Origin: a virus
Taxonomy: Duplodnaviria > Heunggongvirae > Uroviricota > Caudoviricetes
Reading direction: 5' to 3' (one strand)
DNA length: 35,274 nt
Virus record (IMG/VR): IMGVR_UViG_2897352509_000012
This document shows positions 18,463 to 27,525 of this stretch, one piece after another. Position 1 is the first letter of the stretch. The number at the start of each line of letters is the position of its first letter. The notes beneath the pieces were generated by a model that saw only the letters and a list, made by a program, of their open reading frames with translations, was not told the DNA's origin and searched no databases. Both the position numbers and the translations under genes were made by a program.

Positions 18463-19536
18463 TTACGCTCCCGGCTCTGCGGTCGCCTTAGCCGGTGTGG
18501 AGAAATCACCGACCTTAATTTTTTCCACCAGACAACCGGCGGCGTAGTCCTCCACCACGTAATCAATGTTCATTGACTCGTAGTTCTCCACGCGGTCGAG
18601 TTTCGGGTTTTCCTCAATCACGCGGCGATGGCTGTCATCCATGTAGTAGATGGACAGGTTTTCCAGCTTCGTGATGAGCATCGCATCCGCCGGGAAGTAC
18701 GGGACGCGTACCGCTGGCAGGTTGCCGATGCGTTTCTGGCTGATGATGACGTCAGCGGCCAGCATTTCGCTGTTGTCCTGCTCCTTGTTGACGATGGGGA
18801 AATACTTGTCCGCCAGTAGCTGACGCCCCACAATCACCACAAGGTCAGGGTCTTCCTGATACCACGGCTCAATCAGGTTGTTGGTCGCATCCATCACCAG
18901 TGCATCGAGGCTTACATAATCACCGCCCTTACCCACGCGGATGACCTCAGAGGTGGTGCGGCCTTCCTCGTCAGTGACCTTGCTCATCACGCGCGCCGGG
19001 GCTTCATTGCGGTATTTCTGCAGCCAGCCGACCGCCACATCCTGCAACATCGGATTACTGCTGCGGTCAGAGGTTTCGGCACGCTTCACACCGTTAAAAC
19101 CGGCCATGATGAAATCAAGGGACTGGCGTTTGATAATGGCGTTACGGATACGAAGCTGGAAATCCTGATAACGCGCCCACAGGTCAAGCGTTTTGTAGCG
19201 GATATAAAAATCGAAGTTAATCTGGTCGCATTCGTACTTGTTTGACGCCAGCTTCGAGAAGTCCTTCGGCTGACGCTCGGTGCCACCGGCGGTGTCGGTG
19301 GTGCTGGCGATGGAGCCGGTGACACCAATACCAATTTTTTCCCCTTTCATTTCGCTGACCGGCACAATGTTGATGCGGGTCAGAAAATCAGAGGACTCCT
19401 GCATGGTGTTCATCAGGGTCTGGGTGACCGACGGTTCAACGGTGAATTTTTTCGACACATCACCGGCGTCGATGCCGTTCAGTTCGGCAACACGGGACAG
19501 GTAGGCATTAAATTTAAAGCGGGTTTCCTGGCGCAT
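18463..19536 (-). CDS. N: Major capsid protein N, 357 aa
   Basis: Length/synteny match to P2 gpN. Confidence 0.9.
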   Translation of the reverse strand: MRQETRFKFNAYLSRVAELNGIDAGDVSKKFTVEPSVTQTLMNTMQESSDFLTRINIVPVSEMKGEKIGIGVTGSIASTTDTAGGTERQPKDFSKLASNKYECDQINFDFYIRYKTLDLWARYQDFQLRIRNAIIKRQSLDFIMAGFNGVKRAETSDRSSNPMLQDVAVGWLQKYRNEAPARVMSKVTDEEGRTTSEVIRVGKGGDYVSLDALVMDATNNLIEPWYQEDPDLVVIVGRQLLADKYFPIVNKEQDNSEMLAADVIISQKRIGNLPAVRVPYFPADAMLITKLENLSIYYMDDSHRRVIEENPKLDRVENYESMNIDYVVEDYAAGCLVEKIKVGDFSTPAKATAEPGA

Positions 19537-19594
19537 AGTTTTTCCTGAAATTAAGGGTTAATCGTGAAGGTTTTCCCGGACTGACTGACGCCGG

Positions 19595-20449
19595 TCAGCA
19601 GTTCGTCATCAGGGCGTCACCGCCACCGCCGGTGGCCTTGCTGCGGCGCTGCTGGGTCAGACTTTCGGTGTGGTCGAGGCTGTTTTTCAGGCGGGTGAAT
19701 GCCTGGCTGGTTTCATCCGCCCTGTCAGTCACATCCTGCTTAAGTGCGGAAAAGGCGGTTTCCATCTCAGCGAGGCGCTGCTCAGTGGCGCTCAGTTTTT
19801 CCTGCACATGTTCAGCAACAGCGGTCACCGCTTCATGCACGTCATTCAGACGGGCGTCATCGCTGGCCTGTTTGCGGCCAAAAATGGATTTCACCTTTTC
19901 GGTCAGGGCGGTGAACACGGTTTCAGGCAGGTCTTCAAATTCCAGCTCAACAGGCGTTGCCACTGAAATCAGGTTTTCAGGGCTTAATTTGAAGCGGTTC
20001 AGGGGGTTGTGTTTTGCCGTGCGGCAGAATTCCAGGTATTCCGTGCCGAGGCTTGCCGGGTCATCGGTGACGGCCAGCCCCACCAGATAACATTTGCCGG
20101 TGTTGGCAAAGTTCGGCTGAATTTCCATTGAGGTATAGACCTTCTGCGCGGCCTTGTTCATCGCGATAAGGTCATCGGTCGGGGTGATTTTCGCAAACAG
20201 CGCCCATTTGCCTTTCAGCGCCGAATCATCGTCAATCTTTTCGGCCTTCAGTTCGACCACATCGCCGTAACGCTTAAAAATACCGTCAGGCAGGATGCCG
20301 CGCAGATGTTCCAGGTTAATGCGGCAACCATAGACTCGCGGGTCAAAGGTTTCGGCCATTTCCTGAATATCCTGCGCACTGATGACACGCCCGTCACAGG
20401 TGTCACCCTCAACGCCGATACGAAAGAATTTTGAGACTTTTTTTGCCAT
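19595..20449 (-). CDS. O: Capsid scaffolding protein O, 284 aa
   Basis: MAKKVSKFFRIGVEGDTCDGRV...; start at internal Met gives P2 gpO length. Confidence 0.9.
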   Translation of the reverse strand: MAKKVSKFFRIGVEGDTCDGRVISAQDIQEMAETFDPRVYGCRINLEHLRGILPDGIFKRYGDVVELKAEKIDDDSALKGKWALFAKITPTDDLIAMNKAAQKVYTSMEIQPNFANTGKCYLVGLAVTDDPASLGTEYLEFCRTAKHNPLNRFKLSPENLISVATPVELEFEDLPETVFTALTEKVKSIFGRKQASDDARLNDVHEAVTAVAEHVQEKLSATEQRLAEMETAFSALKQDVTDRADETSQAFTRLKNSLDHTESLTQQRRSKATGGGGDALMTNC

Positions 20450-20515
20450 TGTCAGGAGTCCTGAATAGTGATTAGAGGAGTCACATGTCGGCATCAGTTT
20501 CCCGACGATGCGCAT

Positions 20516-20622
20516 CCTCCGCCATCAGTCCCGGATGGCTTATCACTGACACAACAGCACCTTAGCGAATCGCGGGGCGCGACTCAGTAGCCTTGCCGTG
20601 TATTCATCACGGCGAGGTATTC
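20516..20622. promoter_or_regulatory. Divergent late promoter region between O and P (expected Ogr-dependent)
   Basis: Intergenic spacer between divergently transcribed late operons; by P2 analogy; no motif confidently identified by eye. Confidence 0.4.
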
Positions 20623-22395
20623 ATGACCATCACCACAGACACCACTCTTTTACACGACCCGCGTCGTCAGGCGGCGCTGCTGTACTGGCAGGGGTTTTCC
20701 GTGCCGCAGATTGCCTCCATGTTGCAGATGAAACGCCCGACGGTGCAGAGCTGGAAACAGCGCGACGCCTGGGACAGCGTTGCCCCCATCAGCCGTGTCG
20801 AAATGAGTCTGGAAGCGCGGCTGACCCAGCTCATCATCAAACCGCAGAAAACCGGCGGGGACTTCAAGGAAATTGACCTGCTGGGACGCCAGATTGAACG
20901 ACTGGCACGGGTCAACCGTTACAGCCAGACCGGCAACGAGGCAGACCTTAATCCGAACATCGCTAACCGCAACAAAGGCGGGCGTCGCAAACCGAAAAAG
21001 AATTTTTTCAGTGACGAGGCCATCGAAAAGCTGGAGCAGATTTTCTTTGAGCAGTCTTTCGAATATCAGTTGCACTGGTATCGCGCCGGGCTTGAGCACC
21101 GCATCCGCGATATCCTGAAATCCCGCCAGATTGGCGCGACGTTTTATTTTTCCCGCGAGGCGCTGCTGCGCGCCCTGAAAACCGGTCATAACCAGATTTT
21201 TCTGTCGGCCAGTAAAACGCAGGCGTATGTGTTCCGCGAATACATCATCGCCTTTGCCCGGCTGGTTGACGTTGACCTGACCGGTGACCCGATTGTCCTG
21301 GGCAATAACGGCGCAAAACTGATTTTTCTCGGCACCAACTCCAACACCGCACAGAGCCATAACGGCGACCTGTACGTCGACGAGATTTTCTGGATCCCGA
21401 ATTTTCAGGTACTGCGTAAGGTGGCATCAGGTATGGCCTCACAGAGTCACCTGCGCTCGACCTATTTCTCCACCCCGTCCACGCTGGCGCACGACGCCTA
21501 CCCGTTCTGGTCGGGTGAACTGTTTAACCGGGGACGCGCCAGCGCCGCTGAACGCGTGGAAATCGACGTCAGTCATAACGCCCTTGCCGGTGGGCTTCTC
21601 TGTGCGGACGGCCAGTGGCGGCAGATTGTCACCATTGAGGACGCCCTGAAAGGCGGCTGCACGCTGTTCGACATTGAGCAGCTCAAACGCGAAAACAGCG
21701 CCGACGATTTTAAAAACCTGTTCATGTGTGAATTTGTTGACGACAAGGCGTCGGTGTTCCCGTTCGAGGAGCTGCAACGCTGCATGGTCGACACGCTGGA
21801 AGAATGGGAAGACTATGCGCCGTTTGCCGCCAATCCGTTCGGCTCACGTCCGGTATGGATTGGTTACGACCCGTCACACCGTGGCGACAGCGCCGGATGC
21901 GTGGTGCTGGCACCGCCGGTGGTGGCCGGTGGCAAATTCAGGATCCTTGAGCGTCACCAGTGGAAAGGCATGGACTTTGCCACCCAGGCAGAATCCATCC
22001 GCAAACTCACCGAAAAATACAACGTCGAATACATCGGTATTGATGCCACCGGCCTCGGTGTCGGCGTGTTCCAGCTCGTGCGCTCGTTCTATCCCGCCGC
22101 GCGCGATATCCGCTACACACCGGAAATGAAAACCGCAATGGTGCTCAAGGCAAAAGACGTTATCCGCCGTGGCTGTCTGGAATACGACGTCAGCGCCACC
22201 GACATCACCAGCTCGTTTATGGCTATCCGCAAGACCATGACCAGCAGCGGGCGCAGCGCCACCTATGAGGCCAGCCGCAGCGAGGAAGCCAGCCACGCCG
22301 ACCTCGCCTGGGCGACCATGCACGCCCTGTTAAATGAGCCACTCACCGCCGGTATCAGCACCCCGCTGACATCCACCATTCTGGAGTTTTACTGA
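20623..22395 (+). CDS. P: Terminase ATPase (large) subunit P, 590 aa
   Basis: MTITTDTTLLHDPRRQAALLYWQGFSVPQIA...; start at internal Met gives P2 gpP length. Confidence 0.9.
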   Translation: MTITTDTTLLHDPRRQAALLYWQGFSVPQIASMLQMKRPTVQSWKQRDAWDSVAPISRVEMSLEARLTQLIIKPQKTGGDFKEIDLLGRQIERLARVNRYSQTGNEADLNPNIANRNKGGRRKPKKNFFSDEAIEKLEQIFFEQSFEYQLHWYRAGLEHRIRDILKSRQIGATFYFSREALLRALKTGHNQIFLSASKTQAYVFREYIIAFARLVDVDLTGDPIVLGNNGAKLIFLGTNSNTAQSHNGDLYVDEIFWIPNFQVLRKVASGMASQSHLRSTYFSTPSTLAHDAYPFWSGELFNRGRASAAERVEIDVSHNALAGGLLCADGQWRQIVTIEDALKGGCTLFDIEQLKRENSADDFKNLFMCEFVDDKASVFPFEELQRCMVDTLEEWEDYAPFAANPFGSRPVWIGYDPSHRGDSAGCVVLAPPVVAGGKFRILERHQWKGMDFATQAESIRKLTEKYNVEYIGIDATGLGVGVFQLVRSFYPAARDIRYTPEMKTAMVLKAKDVIRRGCLEYDVSATDITSSFMAIRKTMTSSGRSATYEASRSEEASHADLAWATMHALLNEPLTAGISTPLTSTILEFY

Positions 22396-23429
22396 TGAGC
22401 AAGAAAAAAGGGAAAACACCGCAACCTGCGGCAAAAAAAATGACCGCCAGCGCCCCGAAAATGGAGGCATTCACCTTTGGTGAGCCGGTGCCGGTACTCG
22501 ACCGCCGTGACATTCTGGATTACGTCGAATGCATCAGTAACGGCAGATGGTATGAGCCACCAATCAGCTTTACCGGTCTGGCAAAAAGCCTGCGTGCTGC
22601 CGTGCATCACAGCTCACCGATTTACGTTAAACGCAATATTCTGGCCTCGACATTTATCCCGCATCCGTGGCTTTCCCAGCAGGATTTCAGCCGCTTTGTG
22701 CTGGATTTTCTGGTGTTCGGTAATGCGTTTCTGGAAAAGCGCTACAGCACCACCGGTAAGGTCATCAGACTGGAAACCTCACCGGCAAAATATACCCGCC
22801 GTGGTGTTGAGGAGGATGTTTACTGGTGGGTGCCGTCCTTCAACGAGCCGACACCTTTCGCGCCCGGCTCCGTGTTTCACCTGCTGGAGCCGGATATTAA
22901 TCAGGAGCTGTACGGCCTGCCGGAATATCTCAGCGCCCTTAACTCTGCCTGGCTGAATGAATCGGCCACGCTGTTCCGCCGCAAGTATTACGAAAACGGC
23001 GCTCATGCCGGATATATCATGTACGTCACTGATGCCGTGCAGGATCGCAACGATATCGAAATGCTCCGCGAAAACATGGTGAAGTCGAAAGGCCGCAACA
23101 ACTTTAAAAACCTGTTTCTCTACGCCCCACAGGGAAAAGCCGACGGTATTAAAATTATCCCGCTCAGTGAAGTGGCAACGAAGGACGATTTTTTTAATAT
23201 CAAAAAAGCCAGCGCCGCAGACCTGCTGGACGCGCACCGCATCCCCTTTCAGTTGATGGGCGGCAAGCCGGAGAACGTCGGGTCGCTGGGTGATATTGAG
23301 AAAGTGGCAAAGGTCTTTGTCCGCAATGAGCTTATCCCGTTACAGGACAGGATCCGCGAGATAAACGGCTGGCTCGGTCAGGAGGTCATCCGCTTTAAAA
23401 ACTACTCACTGGACACTGACAACGGCTGA
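22395..23429 (+). CDS. Q: Portal protein Q, 344 aa
   Basis: Length/synteny match to P2 gpQ; ATGA overlap with P stop. Confidence 0.9.
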   Translation: MSKKKGKTPQPAAKKMTASAPKMEAFTFGEPVPVLDRRDILDYVECISNGRWYEPPISFTGLAKSLRAAVHHSSPIYVKRNILASTFIPHPWLSQQDFSRFVLDFLVFGNAFLEKRYSTTGKVIRLETSPAKYTRRGVEEDVYWWVPSFNEPTPFAPGSVFHLLEPDINQELYGLPEYLSALNSAWLNESATLFRRKYYENGAHAGYIMYVTDAVQDRNDIEMLRENMVKSKGRNNFKNLFLYAPQGKADGIKIIPLSEVATKDDFFNIKKASAADLLDAHRIPFQLMGGKPENVGSLGDIEKVAKVFVRNELIPLQDRIREINGWLGQEVIRFKNYSLDTDNG

Positions 23430-23434
23430 ACATC

Positions 23435-23456
23435 GCCGCCTGCGGGCGGCTTTTTT
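23435..23456 (+). terminator. Rho-independent terminator after Q
   Basis: GCCGCC-TGCG-GGCGGC hairpin followed by TTTTTT, 6 nt after Q stop. Confidence 0.6.
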
Positions 23457-23598
23457 ACACCCCGTCATCACGCCCTCACACGCTCACCACCGCGCAAAAC
23501 AGCCCGCAGACAAACCAACGCCCCGGCGCACAATCTAAACGCCATCACGACGCGCTCAGACGCTGAAAAAATAAAATCAGCACCACCGCCAGCGCGCA

Positions 23599-23617
23599 GT
23601 GCTTTCCCCGCCTCGCC
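23599..23617. other. cos cohesive-end site
   Basis: GTGCTTTCCCCGCCTCGCC is the reverse complement of the P2 19-nt cohesive end GGCGAGGCGGGGAAAGCAC as I remember it; lies beside Q as in P2. Confidence 0.7.
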
Positions 23618-23746
23618 CGCCCGCTTCGTGGGGCGGTTTTAATGCAGATGCATTATGAGCCCTGAGCTGCGCCTAACGTGACACAGCTTCACTAAATAGA
23701 CTCATTATCCACATGCAATCTAATTCAAAAAAATGCATGTATAGTA

Positions 23747-25717
23747 TTAAAGGTCATCAATTAAACCTAAAGGCAAACCGTCCTCACCAACCGAGCTATA
23801 ATGAGCGATAATATTCGAAAGTTCACCAGTAGAAAACGAATTAGGCAAATCATTATCAACTAATATAATCTGGCACGGAACATTTTTTCTTTCTGCTTTT
23901 TGAACTGTATTCAATAGTTGTTCATAAATATTTTGATACTTCATCGGATCTGACATTCCCTCAAGGTCATCCTCGAATGCAAGAGTTTCTTTTGAATATT
24001 TTTCCTTGGTCTGTTTCCCTAAATATTTGCCAACCGTATCAAATATCAAAAGTAAAGGATGGTTAACATTATGATCTATTGCATAATCAAGAATAGACAA
24101 AAGATACCCAATAGAAGAAATAGTTCTCAAACCTCCGGATGTTATTTTAAAATATTCTTTTTCTCTTATAACAGGAATGTAATAGCTTTCAGAGATTTTT
24201 ATCCCCGTTCTGTTTTTGATATTAATACTCTTCAAATACTGACTAAATCTATCACCCAAACCTTGTAAAATGCCCTCCATGCTAGGTGCGTTTTTCTTTA
24301 ACGCCTCCAAGCGTTCAGTTAATGCTTCAATATCTTTTCTCAGTACCTGATACTTTTCAAGCAGTTCCTCTTGCTGGTTTCTAACCTTCAAATCTTTTAC
24401 TAACTGCTCCCTAACCTTCTCATTTTTTGAGATCTCTTTAATATAAAAATCTCTCTGAGTCAAGAATGGTGTAATCATTGACTGGCTTTCTTCGTCAATC
24501 AATTCTCTCAACTCGTCAAGTCGTTCATCTAATTCCTTTTTATAACCTGATTCTTTTTTTAATTTAAATGACATTTCTGAGATCATGTCATTAATATTTC
24601 GTCTACGTCGACTAAGTGAATTCAACTCTTCATTAAGATCTTTTTCTGATGAAATTTCAAATGGAAAATCAGAATCATCTATTTTAATGTGGCTATCACA
24701 GACTGGACAGGAAAATACTTCCTTATCCAATACACCAATGCGAGAATTTGCTGTTTTAATCGCTTTGAGTTTTTCAATATCATTATCATAGTCATTTTTT
24801 AACCGCGAATATTTATCAATCTTATCCTCAAGCGCAGTAATATTTAATATGCACTCTTTGTATTTAAGCGAAATAAAATTGTGAGCATCTTTCAATTCTG
24901 TATACTGTATGGAATCCGCTTTCATATTTTTATCGAGAGCAGACAAACCTGCAACAAGTTCTTCTAAAACAAGATCTATCCTATTAATCTCATCATCAAT
25001 TGATTCAATCGTTTCATAGTCTGTATCGCGAAGAAATTCAGATATTATCTGATACTTCCTATTTAATTCCGTTACTAAACTACTTTTTGCAGATATTTCA
25101 CCTTGGAGTCTGGCGATGCTTTCATCCAACACATTGAACATGTATTTAAAAACTTCTTTCGTAAATGCGTAGCGGGACCAATCACCCAATCGCAAGAAAG
25201 ATTTACTACCAATATCATCCTGACTTACATAAACAAATTTATATATATTTCTAAAACTTAACCTGCGCATCTGTGAATGAGCTTTAGAAGGAGACACCTT
25301 AATTTCAATCTTTGGAAAATTAAGACTATCAAGTAAAAACTCCGAAAAAACACCATCAACATTTGATAATGGGCTATAATTAGGAGCGTATTTTTTCGGA
25401 AAATGTTTATGTAAATCATCAAACTTACAACGATAAACTTCTATTGCTTTTTTATGATCATAGATATCTCTTACGATTGTGAATACAGTATCATTGATCA
25501 CTACTTCAAGAGCAGCATAGTTTACTGATGTTTTTATTTCATCTGCTAAATCTATAGAGCTAGCACCTAAAAGATAATTAATAAACTCCAGAATGCTTGA
25601 CTTACCTGTGTCAGAGTCTCCGTAGATAACATTGAGACCTTTATAAAAAGTAGTGACGTAGTTTTTACGAACGCCAACAAGAATCAAACTATTGATATTG
25701 AGATATGATTTCATCAT
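23747..25717 (-). CDS. SMC/Rad50-like ABC ATPase with coiled coil and CxxC zinc hook (cargo gene 3)
   Basis: Walker A GDSDTGKS (res 33-40), heptad-rich middle with CPVC (res 337-340), signature TSGGL (526-530), Walker B LLLIFD (555-560). Confidence 0.75.
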   Translation of the reverse strand: MMKSYLNINSLILVGVRKNYVTTFYKGLNVIYGDSDTGKSSILEFINYLLGASSIDLADEIKTSVNYAALEVVINDTVFTIVRDIYDHKKAIEVYRCKFDDLHKHFPKKYAPNYSPLSNVDGVFSEFLLDSLNFPKIEIKVSPSKAHSQMRRLSFRNIYKFVYVSQDDIGSKSFLRLGDWSRYAFTKEVFKYMFNVLDESIARLQGEISAKSSLVTELNRKYQIISEFLRDTDYETIESIDDEINRIDLVLEELVAGLSALDKNMKADSIQYTELKDAHNFISLKYKECILNITALEDKIDKYSRLKNDYDNDIEKLKAIKTANSRIGVLDKEVFSCPVCDSHIKIDDSDFPFEISSEKDLNEELNSLSRRRRNINDMISEMSFKLKKESGYKKELDERLDELRELIDEESQSMITPFLTQRDFYIKEISKNEKVREQLVKDLKVRNQQEELLEKYQVLRKDIEALTERLEALKKNAPSMEGILQGLGDRFSQYLKSINIKNRTGIKISESYYIPVIREKEYFKITSGGLRTISSIGYLLSILDYAIDHNVNHPLLLIFDTVGKYLGKQTKEKYSKETLAFEDDLEGMSDPMKYQNIYEQLLNTVQKAERKNVPCQIILVDNDLPNSFSTGELSNIIAHYSSVGEDGLPLGLIDDL

Positions 25718-26226
25718 TTCTCCTTGAAGACTTGATTTATAACAGAGTTTAACTTAGAGGTAGGCAATGCTTGTAGCGGTAACAATGCTTCGGATAGTCG
25801 TTTTATTTCTTTAAAATATCCATCAGTCAATGAGCTAGCAAATTCCTTACCTTTTTCAGATAAAAATAATTTAACACTCTCATTATTTTTTTTCTCAGCT
25901 GAGAGCAATCCCCGCAATGACATAATTTTTATAAGATATTTCACTTTGGAATTGTCGAATAAGATATCTACATTTGTTGAAAAACTCTTTATTGTATAAG
26001 TTAACTGGGACTCGACACAAGCAGGCTTTTTCCCCGAAACTGTAAGAGCATAATCAATTTTTGATGGGTTTTTTATCAGATACATAAAAATTTGTATTTT
26101 ATTAATATCTAATGATAACACTCCTTTTTTGCTATGAGATAATATAGATATAGCAATGGCAAGCATAGCAAAATTCAAGCTATACTCTTCATCAAGAGGA
26201 ATATACGGCAAGTTATTTTTCTTCAT
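25714..26226 (-). CDS. Small protein of unknown function, 170 aa (cargo gene 2)
   Basis: ORF overlaps both neighbours (14 nt and ATGA overlap), same AT-rich composition; no recognisable motifs. Confidence 0.6.
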   Translation of the reverse strand: MKKNNLPYIPLDEEYSLNFAMLAIAISILSHSKKGVLSLDINKIQIFMYLIKNPSKIDYALTVSGKKPACVESQLTYTIKSFSTNVDILFDNSKVKYLIKIMSLRGLLSAEKKNNESVKLFLSEKGKEFASSLTDGYFKEIKRLSEALLPLQALPTSKLNSVINQVFKEK

Positions 26227-27436
26227 GATTACCTCGCCGTAATTGCTCCAAAGTTTCTACGCTGGTTTCAGATGACCAGACAATATCCCTGTCATTTTTG
26301 TTAGCCAGTTGATGCAACATTCCTTTCTTATGTATCGTTTCTAAACTTTTTATAAGAGAATCTAACGACGACTTATCCTCTTGGGCTATTCGTCTATGAA
26401 CAGCAGCAATAAATTTATCTGGGGAAATTGAATTCGCGATATATTGCTCATACTCTTCCTGGTAAATCTCCCTTATTTTAGAATACAAATGACCAAGTAG
26501 TTTCCTATCGTAATCACTCGTAAAAATATTTCTCGCAAGCTCAGCATTATAATAATATTCCTTTGCATGCATAGCGATATCCTGATGTATATCTGCGACA
26601 ATCATTTTTAAGACGAAATACTCATTATCATATTGTTTCTCATCAGAAAAACGCTCAACACATATCTTCTTGGGTGCTTCTAAATTTATCTGCTGAATAA
26701 ATTGCTTTACCGCAACAAACACTGTAGACGAGCTGTTTTCGGGCTTGCAAATTGAGCTATGCCCTTCATTAACTGCAATTGAGTTATTTCGTTCACTATC
26801 CATCGGTAATGCGCTTTTTTTATCAACTATAGTGTCATGAGAACCATAAACATATCTAGTGATAGGAAGTTTTTTGCTACAATTTATCCAGCGCCTATTC
26901 AACGTATCGGTCGCTTCACTTAACAATCCAAGATCTACTAACTGAGCATTTGAAGATACCATTGAAGTTATATTCGCCAATTTAGCACCAAAGTGAGGGA
27001 CTGCTAACGAAATGAATCCAATTATATTAGATTGTTCCTCATGCTCAACTTTTTTTAGAATTAGATTTTTTGATATTACCCCCCCCATACTATGGGCGAT
27101 TATTATAATTCGAGAGTAATCACTTAGCGTTACCCTAATCTCAGTATACAATAACTCAGCTATTTCATCAGTTGGTAAATTTCTCTCTAACTTATTTTTC
27201 TTAGAGAAAATACGAGCCCATAATCCTGACGTTTTAGCATACGTTTGTGTAAATTTGGTGAAATAATTGAAACATGCAATATCAAATACATTGCCAATGT
27301 CTTCATCTTCTGCTAATAGTTTTGGAAATGAAGTTTCTTTATTAAAGTTCCATGTTTCCAAACCACCATTTAATCCATGTACAAATAGTATCAGGCTATC
27401 TTTTTTCTCGTGGCTTATCCATTCAACCATGCTCAT
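26213..27436 (-). CDS. Lipase-like alpha/beta hydrolase fused to C-terminal helical domain, 407 aa (cargo gene 1)
   Basis: HG oxyanion motif (LILFVHGLNGG), AHSMG nucleophile pentapeptide (Ser116), downstream GSHDT (Asp201) and EGHSS (His226); C-terminal about 160 aa helical, Tyr/Glu-rich. Confidence 0.75.
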   Translation of the reverse strand: MSMVEWISHEKKDSLILFVHGLNGGLETWNFNKETSFPKLLAEDEDIGNVFDIACFNYFTKFTQTYAKTSGLWARIFSKKNKLERNLPTDEIAELLYTEIRVTLSDYSRIIIIAHSMGGVISKNLILKKVEHEEQSNIIGFISLAVPHFGAKLANITSMVSSNAQLVDLGLLSEATDTLNRRWINCSKKLPITRYVYGSHDTIVDKKSALPMDSERNNSIAVNEGHSSICKPENSSSTVFVAVKQFIQQINLEAPKKICVERFSDEKQYDNEYFVLKMIVADIHQDIAMHAKEYYYNAELARNIFTSDYDRKLLGHLYSKIREIYQEEYEQYIANSISPDKFIAAVHRRIAQEDKSSLDSLIKSLETIHKKGMLHQLANKNDRDIVWSSETSVETLEQLRRGNHEEK

Positions 27437-27525
27437 ATGCTTTTCTGCCGTGTATAAAAATTAAACTATAACAAACAATTCCTCAACAATAACATATTGT
27501 TACCCCGTTTGACCGTTTTTTTCAA
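27437..27525 (-). promoter_or_regulatory. AT-rich putative promoter region upstream of the cargo cassette
   Basis: Minus strand shows TTGTTG ... TTTAAT-like hexamers; assignment by eye only. Confidence 0.3.

Noticed and set aside
20650-21360. 236-aa minus-strand ORF antisense to terminase P
   Set aside because: Nested inside the conserved large terminase gene; no independent support.
22779-23237. 152-aa minus-strand ORF antisense to portal Q
   Set aside because: Shadow ORF within a conserved gene.
23430-23746. P2 old or tin genes expected next to cos
   Set aside because: Looked for an OLD-type ATPase/nuclease or Tin-like ORF; none present. The spacer is non-coding and the position is occupied by the unrelated three-gene cassette.
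24059-24791. Small plus-strand ORFs (69 and 68 aa) inside the cargo ATPase gene
   Set aside because: Antisense to a long ORF with clear Walker motifs; AT-rich sequence produces chance ORFs.
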